DNA of 64,000 bases from Pirellulales bacterium (lineage in GTDB: Bacteria > Planctomycetota > Planctomycetia > Pirellulales > PALSA-1355), in contig CAVTBU010000005.1 in the NCBI GenBank assembly GCA_963733035.1, forward strand, positions 224,001 to 288,000, written 5' to 3'. Positions 43,038-53,154 of the stretch are shown here, one piece after another. Within the stretch, counting starts at the first letter, position 1. The number at the start of each line of letters is the position of its first letter. The position numbers and the translations under genes were made by a program. The notes under the pieces are model-generated. The model saw only the letters and a list, made by a program, of their open reading frames with translations. It was not told where the DNA came from and ran no database searches.

Positions 43038-44654
43038 ATGAACGACGAAATTCCACATGTGTCCCCAGAGGCCTCCCCTGCGGACGCGCCACGTTGGGCT
43101 CGCACGCGCCGCTGGTTGTCGCTGGGCATTATCGTCCTGGAAGCCATGGGTCTGGGAGCCGCGCAGTACCTCGAAAACGCGGAGATCGTGCCACCGGCCG
43201 AGGCGTTCCTCACAAAATTCTCGATCGTCGGCCTGGGAACGATTCTGATCTTTCTCTGGTTCGTGTTTCTGGCGCCGGCGGCACCAACGCTTCGTCGCCG
43301 CGTCGGTGTCATTGGGATAGTGCTGCTGTTGGTCATCGCCGCGACGGTCCGCGTGCAAGGCGTCACCGGCGACATTCACTTTCGTCTGAAGTGGGCCTGG
43401 TCACCGGCAATCGACGAGACGCTGCCAGACGCCGCCAGCGAGGTCGCCAAGAATTCGGACGTGAACTTGCTAGAAACCACGCAGCATGACTGGCCGCAGT
43501 TTCTCGGGCCGAATCGTCTGGCATCGTTGCCCGACGCGAACCTGGCGCACGACTGGTCCGAATCCAAGCCAAAGCTTCTCTGGCGCGAGCCGATCGGTGC
43601 CGGCTGGTCGAGCGTTGCGATCGTCGGCCACTACGGCGTAACGCAAGAGCAGCGCGGCGAAGAAGAACTCGTCACGTGCTACGACTTGGACAACGGCAAG
43701 CTGCAGTGGGCGCATGCCACACCAGTCCGTTTTCACGAGGTGATTGCTGGCATCGGACCGCGTGCCACACCCACGATTGACGAGGGCAAGGTTTATGCCC
43801 TGGGAGCGCTCGGTAACCTGGTGTGCCTCGACGGCGCCACGGGGAAACTTATCTGGCAGCACGACATCGTCAACGAGAATGGCGCCAAGCAGCCTCAGTG
43901 GGGCAAAAGCTGTTCGCCGCTGATCTACAACGACTTGGTCATCGTCAGCGCAGGTGGCCCAGGAGGGAAGTCGCTTGTCGCCTACAACAAAGATGACGGT
44001 AAACTGGTTTGGAGCGCCGGTGACGACGCATCATCCTACGCCTCACCCACGCTGATGACGCTCTGCGGCCAGCCGCAGATCGTGATGGTCAACCAGACAA
44101 TGACCAGTGGTCACGACCCGTCCGACGGGCACATTCTCTGGGAACACGTTTGGCCGGAACAAGGCATCGCGTCACCCAACGTCGCGCAACCGATCGCGGT
44201 TGGCGATGATCGGATCCTGCTCACCAAAGGCTACGGCGTCGGCAGCACGTTGTGGCAGATCAAGCGCAATGGTGACGCCTGGTCGGTTGAAGCGCTGTGG
44301 AAGACCAACAATCTCAAGACCAAGATGACCAACGCGGTCATCCGCGACGGTTACGCGTACGGTCTCGACGAGGGGACACTCTGCTGCATCGACGTCGCCA
44401 CGGGTAAGAAGAAGTGGAAGCGATCGCGATTCGGTCACGGGCAAGTGCTGCTGGTGGGCGATTTGCTGCTCGTGCAATCCGAGGATGGCCAAGTCGCGCT
44501 GGTCGAGGCCTCGCCCAAAAAGTACACCGAGCTCACGCGCCTAGCCGTGGTCGACGGCCAAAGCTGGAACTATCCGGCACTGAGCGGCCGAAGGCTGGTC
44601 GTGCGCACCGAACGGGAAGTCGCCTGCTACGAATTGCCGGCCGCTTCGCTCTGA
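43038..44654 (+). CDS. PQQ-like beta-propeller (BamB-like repeat) membrane protein
   Basis: Three N-terminal TM segments, DWPQFLGPNR, GWSS, GPRATP, SYASP, WNYPALSG. Confidence 0.9.
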   Translation: MNDEIPHVSPEASPADAPRWARTRRWLSLGIIVLEAMGLGAAQYLENAEIVPPAEAFLTKFSIVGLGTILIFLWFVFLAPAAPTLRRRVGVIGIVLLLVIAATVRVQGVTGDIHFRLKWAWSPAIDETLPDAASEVAKNSDVNLLETTQHDWPQFLGPNRLASLPDANLAHDWSESKPKLLWREPIGAGWSSVAIVGHYGVTQEQRGEEELVTCYDLDNGKLQWAHATPVRFHEVIAGIGPRATPTIDEGKVYALGALGNLVCLDGATGKLIWQHDIVNENGAKQPQWGKSCSPLIYNDLVIVSAGGPGGKSLVAYNKDDGKLVWSAGDDASSYASPTLMTLCGQPQIVMVNQTMTSGHDPSDGHILWEHVWPEQGIASPNVAQPIAVGDDRILLTKGYGVGSTLWQIKRNGDAWSVEALWKTNNLKTKMTNAVIRDGYAYGLDEGTLCCIDVATGKKKWKRSRFGHGQVLLVGDLLLVQSEDGQVALVEASPKKYTELTRLAVVDGQSWNYPALSGRRLVVRTEREVACYELPAASL

Positions 44655-45862
44655 CTGGGCTCGCTCTCACTGGGCATCGAAACGGACGGAGAGCCGTTGG
44701 TGCTCACTTGTACGGTGGTGGGCAGAGGATGCTCAAGCAACCAGTCCTCGAGAATGATGTGCTCGACGGCCGGTGCGCGCAACAACGCGGTTCGCGAAGG
44801 CAACACCGCCGTGAGCCAGGGACGTCGTACCGCCCGAGCCATGGCCCTCAGGCCGAGTTTGTTCAGGGAGTTACCGGTAAGTTGGGCCTGCACGTTGTCG
44901 CGCAACCGCTGGAACGTGGCCGGCACAAGGTTCGGCCCGGGCCCGACGTGGATCACGGTTTCCGTCCCGCAAGCCAGCGTTTCGTACACTGCCTCCCACA
45001 GTCGCTGCGGATGGTCAATCCACTGCATCAGGATCTCGCGGGCGTTGAAATCGTTGTAGTTTGCCTTGCCCGTTACCAGCGAGAACACTGGCGGATTCGG
45101 CTTGGTAAACCCGCCGGGCAATGTGTGCGCAAGCACACCGACGCGATTGGTAATATTCTTTTGCCATACCAGTGGCGTATGTACCGGCGGCCACTTATCG
45201 CTATTCTTCCGCAGATAGACGCGTTTGGGAAAGACGTCGTGCATCAGCTTTCCAAAGCGGTCGACAGTCTCGTATTGCCCAAGCAGCAACACCGTGTTCG
45301 GCGCCAGAAACGATGAGATGCCAATGACGCCAGCGCCCTCATTGTTGATGTGCAAACAGAGACGCTTGACGTCGTCAAAATCGAGCACCGGCCCGCGAGA
45401 GAACAAGACGCCCATCGTGACGTTCTCGGCGAGCGCCACGCAGTCGGCGGCAACGGCCAGCGGCAGCTTGAGCGCGTGCTGCATTTCGAACACACCCGAG
45501 GCAATCACGGCCGTCAGTTCGCCCAAGCTGTAACCAAATACCATCCGCGCGTTTCGGTACTCGACGCCAAAAAATTCCTCGAGGATCTCCACTTGCGCTA
45601 GCGAGACGGCCACGATCAGCGCAATCGCCTCGTGGTAGCTCTCCAAGTCGGTTTCGCGGTTTTCCCTCACGCGGGCAATCAGATCCACGCGCTGCCGCAC
45701 GGCGTCGGCGCAGATATGGCTGGCTTCGCCCAGGTAGCGTTCAACGGTCGGACCAAATCGGGGGTGCGCAAGCAACTCGCGCGTACGTCCCAAATTCGCG
45801 ATGTTGTAACCGCGGAACGCAACGGTAAATTGCCCAAAACGATCCCGAAGGGTGCTGGCCAT
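44627..45862 (-). CDS. FabD-fold (ACP S-malonyltransferase-like) acyltransferase, divergent
   Basis: GYSLGELTA nucleophile motif, PPVHTP, PVFSLVTG, HVGPG. Confidence 0.8.
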   Translation of the reverse strand: MASTLRDRFGQFTVAFRGYNIANLGRTRELLAHPRFGPTVERYLGEASHICADAVRQRVDLIARVRENRETDLESYHEAIALIVAVSLAQVEILEEFFGVEYRNARMVFGYSLGELTAVIASGVFEMQHALKLPLAVAADCVALAENVTMGVLFSRGPVLDFDDVKRLCLHINNEGAGVIGISSFLAPNTVLLLGQYETVDRFGKLMHDVFPKRVYLRKNSDKWPPVHTPLVWQKNITNRVGVLAHTLPGGFTKPNPPVFSLVTGKANYNDFNAREILMQWIDHPQRLWEAVYETLACGTETVIHVGPGPNLVPATFQRLRDNVQAQLTGNSLNKLGLRAMARAVRRPWLTAVLPSRTALLRAPAVEHIILEDWLLEHPLPTTVQVSTNGSPSVSMPSESEPSQSEAAGNS

Positions 45863-46079
45863 CGGAAGATTCAGAGGAAGAAGAGAGAAATGACGTTTGG
45901 CACGCTCATGCCATACGGCGGGCTGCTTCTGACTATCATACTCAAAAGGCGCCAGAAAACTTACCCGTCTTTTTCCACCCCCCTTACTCGGCCAATTGCC
46001 TTGTGGACCGCCCCCAGCGGGGCTAAAACCAAACTTCAGGTGGCTGTTGACCATTCCTGCGTTTCACGAGCGTTTTTTT

Positions 46080-46835
46080 ATGTCCTCAAAACCGCGAATG
46101 GCGGTCATTACTGGTTCCTCGAGCGGAATTGGCAGGGCCGTCGCCCTGGCTCTGGCGGAAGCGGGCTCGAACGTCGTCGTACACGCCCGTAGCAATCGGA
46201 CAGGGACCGAAGAAGTCGCTGCGGCAGCACGCAAATTGGGAGCGACGGCGCACATCATCATTTGCGATCTGGCCGACCCCGCACAGCACGACAAACTGGT
46301 CGAACAATCCTGGAATTTCTACAACGGAGTGGACATTTGGGTGAATAACGCAGGAGTCGACGTCCTCACCGGTCCGGCGGCCAAATGGCCATTCCAGCGT
46401 AAACTTGACGAGCTCTGGCGGGTAGACGTCGCCGCAACGATGGCGCTGTCGCGCGAGATCGGTGCACGGATGAAGGCTCGAGGTTCTGGCACGATATTGA
46501 ATATCGGCTGGGATCAAGTCGATTTTGGCATGGCTGGCGACAGCGGCGAACTGTTTGCCGCCGCGAAGGGTGCGGTGATGGCCTTCACGCGGAGCCTGGC
46601 GCGCTCGCTAGCGCCGCAAGTACGCGTCAACTGCGTTGCCCCCGGCTGGATCAAAACCAAGTGGGGCGAAAACGCCTCCGAGGATTGGCAAAGTCGCGCC
46701 GTCGGAGAGGCGCTTCTTGCCCGTTGGGGAAAGCCCGAAGACGTTGCCGCTGCAGTCCGCTTTCTGACGTCTGCCGACGCGGACTTTATCACCGGGCAGA
46801 CTATTCCGGTCAACGGTGGATTCAAACATTCGTGA
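46080..46835 (+). CDS. SDR family oxidoreductase with atypical active site
   Basis: TGSSSGIG, NNAG, RVNCVAPGWIKT, FITGQ..VNGG; FAAAK in place of YxxxK; NIGWDQ. Confidence 0.9.
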   Translation: MSSKPRMAVITGSSSGIGRAVALALAEAGSNVVVHARSNRTGTEEVAAAARKLGATAHIIICDLADPAQHDKLVEQSWNFYNGVDIWVNNAGVDVLTGPAAKWPFQRKLDELWRVDVAATMALSREIGARMKARGSGTILNIGWDQVDFGMAGDSGELFAAAKGAVMAFTRSLARSLAPQVRVNCVAPGWIKTKWGENASEDWQSRAVGEALLARWGKPEDVAAAVRFLTSADADFITGQTIPVNGGFKHS

Positions 46836-46850
46836 CCGCGGCAAGCACTC

Positions 46851-48281
46851 ATGAGCGAACATATCCATTTTGTCACCGGTCGTCTGGCCGAGCATTCGCT
46901 TCGCGCGGTGTTGGCCGCTCTGGCTCCACGTGTCGGCTTCGAATACTCGATCGACGTGCTGGGCATTACCGTCGCCGCGCTACTCACCACTGACTGGATC
47001 GCCCCGCGGCTACAGATACCACCAGACGCCGACCGCGTCATTCTGCCGGGATACTGCCAGGGGGAATTGACTACGATCGAACAGGTTGCCGGGGTTCCCA
47101 TTGAACGGGGGCCACGCGACCTGCGCAGATTGCCGGAGTTCTTTGGCCACCAGACTGCTGACACCGACTACGGCGCCTACGACATTGAAATCCTGGCCGA
47201 AATCAACCATGCGCCCCGGCTGGCTTTAAGTGATATTCTGGCCGAAGCCGCGCGACTCAATGCCGATGGCGCGGACCTGATTGATGTCGGTTGCGACCCG
47301 GGTGAACCCTGGGCCGCCGTCGGGCAGGTTGTTTCGGCGCTGATCGCCGAAGGGCATCGGGTGTCCATCGATAGCATGAACCCTCTGGAGATTGGGCCGG
47401 CGGTACACGCTGGCGCCGAGCTAGTCTTGAGCGTCAACAGCCATAACCGAGAGGCGGCCAAGGACTGGGGGTGCGAGGTCGTGGCCGTGCCGGACGACCC
47501 CTCGCAACTTGATACACTCGACGAGACCGTTGACTACCTGGCCAGCCACGGCGTGCGGCTGCGGATCGACCCGATTTTAGAGCCGATCGGATTCGGATTT
47601 GCCGGCAGTTTGGGACGATACCTGGAAACACGTCGCCGCTATCCCGATGCCGAGATGCTGATGGGAATCGGCAACCTGACGGAGCTAACCGATGCCGATT
47701 CGGCGCCGATCAATGTATTGTTGTTGGGCTTCGCTCAAGAGCTCGGCGTTCACAGCGTGTTGACCACGCAGGTTATTAACTGGGCTCGAAGCAGCGTTCG
47801 CGAGTGCGACTTGGCCCGGCGGCTCGTGTACTATGCCGTTGGTCATCGCACATTACCTAAACGTCTTGAGCCGCGGCTTGTCGTGCTGCGTGACTCCGAG
47901 GTGTTGGGCCACAACGCCGAAGATCTCGATCGACTTGCCGAACAGCTCAAGGACCACAACTATCGCCTATTTGCCGAATCCGGGCGGCTTCACGCGATTA
48001 CGGCCGGACAGCACTTGAGCGATGAGGATCCGTTTCTGCTTTTCGAACAAATTCGCGTCGCCGCGGCGCAACCGCTCGACGCTTCGCATGCCTTCTACCT
48101 GGGATATGAACTTGCCAAGGCGGCCACGGCTCTCACGCTCGGCAAGGAATACAACCAGGACGAAGCATTGGATTGGGGCTTCTTGACCCAGAGCGAACAG
48201 TTTCATCGACTCACTCGGACCTCCAAAAACCATCATCGGTCGTCAACCGGAGGCATCTCCCCGGAAGGCAACAAGACGTGA
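46851..48281 (+). CDS. Dihydropteroate synthase-like methanopterin biosynthesis protein (Orf20-like; DUF6513 + pterin-binding + DUF4346-like)
   Basis: FVTGRLAE, ITVAALLT, GPRDLRRLP, GADLIDVG, DPILEPIGFGF, GNLTELTDADS, HAFYLGYELAKA, YNQDE.L.WG. Confidence 0.85.
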   Translation: MSEHIHFVTGRLAEHSLRAVLAALAPRVGFEYSIDVLGITVAALLTTDWIAPRLQIPPDADRVILPGYCQGELTTIEQVAGVPIERGPRDLRRLPEFFGHQTADTDYGAYDIEILAEINHAPRLALSDILAEAARLNADGADLIDVGCDPGEPWAAVGQVVSALIAEGHRVSIDSMNPLEIGPAVHAGAELVLSVNSHNREAAKDWGCEVVAVPDDPSQLDTLDETVDYLASHGVRLRIDPILEPIGFGFAGSLGRYLETRRRYPDAEMLMGIGNLTELTDADSAPINVLLLGFAQELGVHSVLTTQVINWARSSVRECDLARRLVYYAVGHRTLPKRLEPRLVVLRDSEVLGHNAEDLDRLAEQLKDHNYRLFAESGRLHAITAGQHLSDEDPFLLFEQIRVAAAQPLDASHAFYLGYELAKAATALTLGKEYNQDEALDWGFLTQSEQFHRLTRTSKNHHRSSTGGISPEGNKT

Positions 48282-49714
48282 AACTCGAACCATGCGAATT
48301 CCCGTCCGCCGATTGCGATACCCTGGTCGAGACCTGGGATCCGGACGTCGATCTCGAACAGGCATTCGCGCAACTGGCACACCGGCCGCACGTCCTGTTT
48401 CTCGACAGCGCGCGGCGTCACCCAACGTTGGGGCGGTACTCATTCCTGACGGCCGATCCGTTCGAATATTTGGAAATCCCCGCCGACGGCAGCGACGCAA
48501 TGCGACAATTCGAGGGCCGACTCGGACGGTTCAAGTCGCCCACGCTCCCAGGCCTGCCGCCATTTCAGGGAGGCGCAGCCGGGCTGCTCGGCTACGACCT
48601 GGGACGCTCGCTGGAACGGCTGCCATCGCCGGCATTTGATGAATTTAAAACGCCGGCGTTGGCCGTCGGACTATATGACGTAGTCCTGGCAGTGGATCAC
48701 GTTGAACGTCAGGCGTGGATTATTTCGCAAGGCTTCCCTGAAACCGAAACCAAGGAGCGTCGGCGGCGAGCCGCGGACCGTTTGGCCGAATTCCGCGGCT
48801 GGCTCAGCGATACAGCGGCATCGCCTGTCCGCCCAACTCCGCTGGTCGACCGCGTTCCGCTGACCGACCTCGCGCCTCAGTACCCAGTTGCGGGCCCTGC
48901 TGGAATGACCAGCAACATGTCGGCCGAAACCTATGTGGCAGCGATCCGTCGGGCCATTCAGTACATTTACGACGGTGACATCTTTCAGGTCAACATCGCT
49001 CAAAGGCTGCTTTACCCAGCCAACGCCGAAGCCGCACACCTCTATCTGCGACTGCGGTGTCGCAATGCTGCGACCTTTGCCGGCTACTTCGATTTAGGAC
49101 ACACTCAAATTGCCAGCGCCTCGCCGGAGCGGTTTCTACAAGTGCGAGACGGTGAGGTCGAGGCTCGACCCATCAAAGGCACGCGCAGCCGCATGGCTCG
49201 TCCCGAGGCCGATTTATTCGCTGGCGATGAGCTGTTGGCAAGCGAAAAAGACCGTGCCGAAAACGTGATGATCGTCGACTTATTGCGCAACGACTTGTCG
49301 CGAGTTTGCACGCCTGACTCGGTTCGCGTCAGTGAACTGTGTCGATTGGAAAGCTACGAATTCGTTCAGCATCTCGTCTCGGCTGTGCGGGGGACGTTGT
49401 CTACAGACCACACTGCACTCGACCTTTTGCGAGCGGCATTTCCTGGAGGATCGATTACCGGGACTCCCAAAGTTCGCGCGATGGAAATCATTGCCGAGCT
49501 TGAACCCACGGCTCGCGGCGCCTATTGCGGCTCGCTTGGCTATCTCGGCTTCGACGGCACGCTGGACACCAGCATTCTGATTCGCACCATCACGGCCAGC
49601 GGAGGCTGGTGGCAGGCGTCCGTTGGTGGTGGTATCGTGGCGCAATCGGTCCCCCAACGTGAATACGAAGAAACCTGGCACAAGGCCATCGGCCTGATTT
49701 CGGCTCTGCAATGA
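48278..49714 (+). CDS. pabB: Aminodeoxychorismate synthase component I
   Basis: FLDS, GRYS, PFQGG, GDIFQVN, SPERF, PIKGT, KDRAENVMIVDLLRND, FPGGSITG; GTGA overlap. Confidence 0.88.
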   Translation: MKLEPCEFPSADCDTLVETWDPDVDLEQAFAQLAHRPHVLFLDSARRHPTLGRYSFLTADPFEYLEIPADGSDAMRQFEGRLGRFKSPTLPGLPPFQGGAAGLLGYDLGRSLERLPSPAFDEFKTPALAVGLYDVVLAVDHVERQAWIISQGFPETETKERRRRAADRLAEFRGWLSDTAASPVRPTPLVDRVPLTDLAPQYPVAGPAGMTSNMSAETYVAAIRRAIQYIYDGDIFQVNIAQRLLYPANAEAAHLYLRLRCRNAATFAGYFDLGHTQIASASPERFLQVRDGEVEARPIKGTRSRMARPEADLFAGDELLASEKDRAENVMIVDLLRNDLSRVCTPDSVRVSELCRLESYEFVQHLVSAVRGTLSTDHTALDLLRAAFPGGSITGTPKVRAMEIIAELEPTARGAYCGSLGYLGFDGTLDTSILIRTITASGGWWQASVGGGIVAQSVPQREYEETWHKAIGLISALQ

Positions 49715-50370
49715 TCGTCCTGGTCGACAACTACGACAGCTTCGTCTTCAATCTGGCCCGCTATTTCGAGCGGCTGGGTCAATGCACTCACGTCGTGCGG
49801 AATGACGCGACGACGCCCGAACAAATCGCGGCACAGCGGCCGGACGCTGTCGTCCTTTCGCCTGGGCCGTGTACACCGAGTGAAGCCGGCTGTTCGCTGG
49901 AAGTCGTTCGCCAACTGGCGGGCCGCGTGCCCATTTTGGGGATTTGCCTGGGGCATCAAACCATTGGTGCGGCCTTCGGCGGACGCGTGGTCCGGGCGTC
50001 GGAACCCGTCCACGGCCGCACATCGCCGATCATGCACAACCGTCAAAGCGTTTTTGCGAACCTGCCTTCGCCGCTGGTTGCCTGCCGGTACCATTCCCTG
50101 GTCGTCGAGCACGAAAGCCTGCCACGGGAACTTGAGGTAACGGCATGGACTGCCGACGGAACGATCATGGGCCTCGCGCACAAGTCGCTGCCCATTGTCG
50201 GCCTGCAATTTCATCCCGAGTCGATTCTGACCGATGCCGGGTACGATTTACTTGCGGCATTTTTAAAAATTGCCAACATTGCACTGCCGGTCGATGTTCC
50301 CGCCATGGAAAGCGAGAAGGTCGCTACCTCGATCGCGCCGCCTCTGCCGACACTCCCAGTCACCTTTTGA
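49711..50370 (+). CDS. pabA: Aminodeoxychorismate/anthranilate synthase component II (glutamine amidotransferase)
   Basis: DNYDSF, SPGP, GICLGHQ, RYHSL, QFHPES; ATGA overlap. Confidence 0.9.
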   Translation: MIVLVDNYDSFVFNLARYFERLGQCTHVVRNDATTPEQIAAQRPDAVVLSPGPCTPSEAGCSLEVVRQLAGRVPILGICLGHQTIGAAFGGRVVRASEPVHGRTSPIMHNRQSVFANLPSPLVACRYHSLVVEHESLPRELEVTAWTADGTIMGLAHKSLPIVGLQFHPESILTDAGYDLLAAFLKIANIALPVDVPAMESEKVATSIAPPLPTLPVTF

Positions 50371-50397
50371 CTTTCCGATTTCGACAAGGTGCATCTC

Positions 50398-50982
50398 GTG
50401 ATTCTAGAGGGCCTGGTAACGACGCTTTCCTCCGATGGTTCGGTGAACATCTCGCCGATGGGACCTCGTGTCGAACTGCCGCTCACTCGATTTGTATTGC
50501 GGCCCTACCCAACGTCGACGACTTACCGGAACTTGAAACGCACAGGTCAGGGAGTGTTGCATGTCACCGACGACGTGGAGTTATTGGCCCAGGCCGCAGT
50601 TGGCGTCCCTAACCCGCTTCCGCCGATGGAGCCGGCCACAGCGGTGGAAGGGCGGATTCTCACCGGTGCGTGTCGCTGGTATGCGTTTCGGGTCGAGTCG
50701 CTTGACGAATCGCGAGAGCGGACAGAAATTGATTGCAACGTCGTCGACTCTGGAGTGCAGCGCGAGTTTTTCGGCTTCAACCGCGCGAAACACGCCGTAC
50801 TCGAGGCGGCCATCCTGGCCACGCGCACCGATTTTCTGCCCGGCGATCAGATCCTCGCCGAGTTCGACCGCCTTCGAATCATGATTGAGAAGACTGGCGG
50901 TCCGGCAGAGCAGCGGGCGTTCGACTTTCTTGGCCGAACCGTGCGGAACCGACTTGCGCTGAAGGCCACGGGCCGCCAATAG
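50398..50982 (+). CDS. DUF447 family protein (methanopterin cluster)
   Basis: ILEGLVTT....NISPMG, PYPTSTTYRNL, GFNRAKHAVLEAAILATR, IEKTGG. Confidence 0.85.
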   Translation: MILEGLVTTLSSDGSVNISPMGPRVELPLTRFVLRPYPTSTTYRNLKRTGQGVLHVTDDVELLAQAAVGVPNPLPPMEPATAVEGRILTGACRWYAFRVESLDESRERTEIDCNVVDSGVQREFFGFNRAKHAVLEAAILATRTDFLPGDQILAEFDRLRIMIEKTGGPAEQRAFDFLGRTVRNRLALKATGRQ

Positions 50983-51016
50983 CCGCCGACCTGCCGCTTG
51001 CGGTAAAATCAACCCG

Positions 51017-51981
51017 ATGTCCACGCTCATCGAAATCGCCACCGACAGCCGGCTGCATTTCGGCATGTTTTCCTTCGGCCGGCCCGAGGTGCGCCAGTTC
51101 GGAGGAGTTGGCCTGATGATCGACCGGCCGGGGCTTCGGCTCCGGGTGACGCCTGCCACTGGTTTTCAGGTGCTGGGACCGCTCGCGCATCGTGTTCCCA
51201 AAGTTGTCCGGCGACTGGTCGAATCTTGGGACCTGACGGCTCCGCCCGCCTGCCGGCTGGAGATTCTTTCCGCGCCGGCGGAGCATCTCGGATTGGGCAC
51301 CGGTACGCAATTGGAGTTGGCCGTGGCCGCCGGTTTGAGCGCATATCGAGGTGGTCCATCGCTGGACGCTGTGGAACTGGCCAAGCTCACTGGCGCGGCG
51401 CACGCTCGGCAATTGGCACCTATGGTTTCCTGCGCGGAGGTCTGATCGTCGAGAGCGGCAAGTTGCCAGACGAGGTCCTTGCCCCGCTCGAACACCGCGT
51501 CGAGCTGCCGGCCGCATGGCGATTCGTCTTAGTATTCCCGAACGCCGAGCGAGGACTGGCCGGCGATGCCGAACAACGGGCTTTTCGCGCCCTACCCCCC
51601 GTTCCCTGTGAGACGACCTCGCGGTTGCGGGCCGAGGTAGCAGAGACGCTTCTACCGGCAGCCGCAGCGGGCGAGTTTTCCGACTTTAGCGAAAGCATGT
51701 TTCGGTTCGGCCGACTAGCCGGGATGTGCTTTGAGCGCAGTCAGGGTGGACCGTTCGCCAGCCCTCGACTTTCGGAGTTGGTCGAGACGATTCGCGGCCT
51801 GGGAGTAAGCGGTGTTGGCCAAAGTTCCTGGGGACCAACGCTGTTTGCCCTGCTAGATTGTGACGACACGGCTAAACGGTTCGGTCTTTCAATGGCAAAA
51901 CACTTGCGGCCTGGTGAAACGTGGCTTGTCGCGAAGCCCAGCTCCACTGGGGCCAGTCTCTCACGGAGAGAGATCGCATGA
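51017..51981 (+). CDS. mptG: Beta-ribofuranosylaminobenzene 5'-phosphate synthase, frameshifted near 51393
   Basis: SRLHFG, FGGVG, HLGLGTGTQ, GRGARSAIG (restored by +1 base), GGLIVESG, GQSSWGPT (GHMP-kinase fold). Confidence 0.85.
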
Positions 51982-52376
51982 AAATCTCGGCCGGAACCCT
52001 TGCCTACCGTCAGGGCGCCGAGGGCATCGAGGTACTCCTCGTGCATCCGGCCGGCAACTATAATCGCCATGCCCCTTGGAGCATTCCCAAGGGCATACCC
52101 GACTCCGGTGAATCGTTGGAGGATGCGGCGCGACGCGAGACGATGGAAGAGACCGGAATTCGCGTCGGCAAACTGCGGCCGATGGGGTCGATCACGTACC
52201 AGAAGAGTCACAAGCAAGTGCATGCCTTTGCCACTGAATGCGGTTTCGAAGCGCCGCACTGTGCTTCCTGGGAGGTCGACCGCGTGGAATTCGTGTCGCT
52301 CGAAAGAGCCCGCGAGTTATTGCACCCCGACCAGCGTGCATTCCTCGATCGGTTGCTTGAGGTGTTGAACGAGTGA
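51978..52376 (+). CDS. NUDIX hydrolase
   Basis: WSIPKGIPDSGESLEDAARRETMEETG Nudix box; ATGA overlap with mptG. Confidence 0.92.
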   Translation: MKISAGTLAYRQGAEGIEVLLVHPAGNYNRHAPWSIPKGIPDSGESLEDAARRETMEETGIRVGKLRPMGSITYQKSHKQVHAFATECGFEAPHCASWEVDRVEFVSLERARELLHPDQRAFLDRLLEVLNE

Positions 52377-52453
52377 AACGCGCTGTCGCCGACGCCGGCC
52401 ACGTAATGGTACTGTCCACCCGCTCACACGGGGCCACTGGGAGAACTAACCTA

Positions 52454-52915
52454 ATGTTGTCGCTCGAAGATCAAATCGTGTTGTCGTTGCGGCGAATCAG
52501 TCAGGCCATCGACGTTTGGTCGCGGCATCTACTGCAACACTACGGCCTTACGTCTCCTCAACTGGCCACTCTCCGCGAGATCCAAGGAGGCAGAAACGTT
52601 TCGACCGGCACGCTGGCCTCGGCCCTGCACCTGAGCCAGCCGACAGTGACCGGAATCCTTACGCGTCTCGAGCAGCGAGGGCTTATCACGCGAGTTCGCT
52701 CCGAGGATGATCGCCGTAGTGTGTTGGCCACAGTGACTGAAGAGGGTAAAGCGTTAGTTGCCAAGGCACCCCAACTGCTACGCGACAGTTTCTGCGAGGA
52801 ATTGGTCACACTACCTGTCGACGAGCAGCAGCGAATTCTCGCGACGCTGCAAAAAGTGGCCGACATGATGCACGCGCCCCAAGTCGTGGAGGGACCGTTC
52901 TTCTTCAACTCCTAG
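52454..52915 (+). CDS. MarR family transcriptional regulator
   Basis: GLTSPQL..L...LSQPTVTGILTRLEQRGLITR...DRR...TEEG. Confidence 0.93.
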   Translation: MLSLEDQIVLSLRRISQAIDVWSRHLLQHYGLTSPQLATLREIQGGRNVSTGTLASALHLSQPTVTGILTRLEQRGLITRVRSEDDRRSVLATVTEEGKALVAKAPQLLRDSFCEELVTLPVDEQQRILATLQKVADMMHAPQVVEGPFFFNS

Positions 52916-53154
52916 TCAGCCGAGAGCCGAACATTCGTCACAACCGCGTCAACTGCAATGTCCTGCGAGAAACGTCGGATTTGCGTTCGCGGCTTTCTCG
53001 CCCACGCGTCCTGATCGCTCCAATCCTCGCTTTGTGAGCACGGCATGATGCTAAGATTTCGTTAGCATGTCGCTCAACCTTGGTCTTCGGTCATGCACTG
53101 TACGATGGCCAACATCCGGGGCTACCCCAGGGCGTCGATGCACGTGAGGTACCC

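Noticed and set aside
45898..45913. Sigma54-like TGGCACGCTCATGC
   Set aside because: Spacing is GG-N9-GC on both strands.
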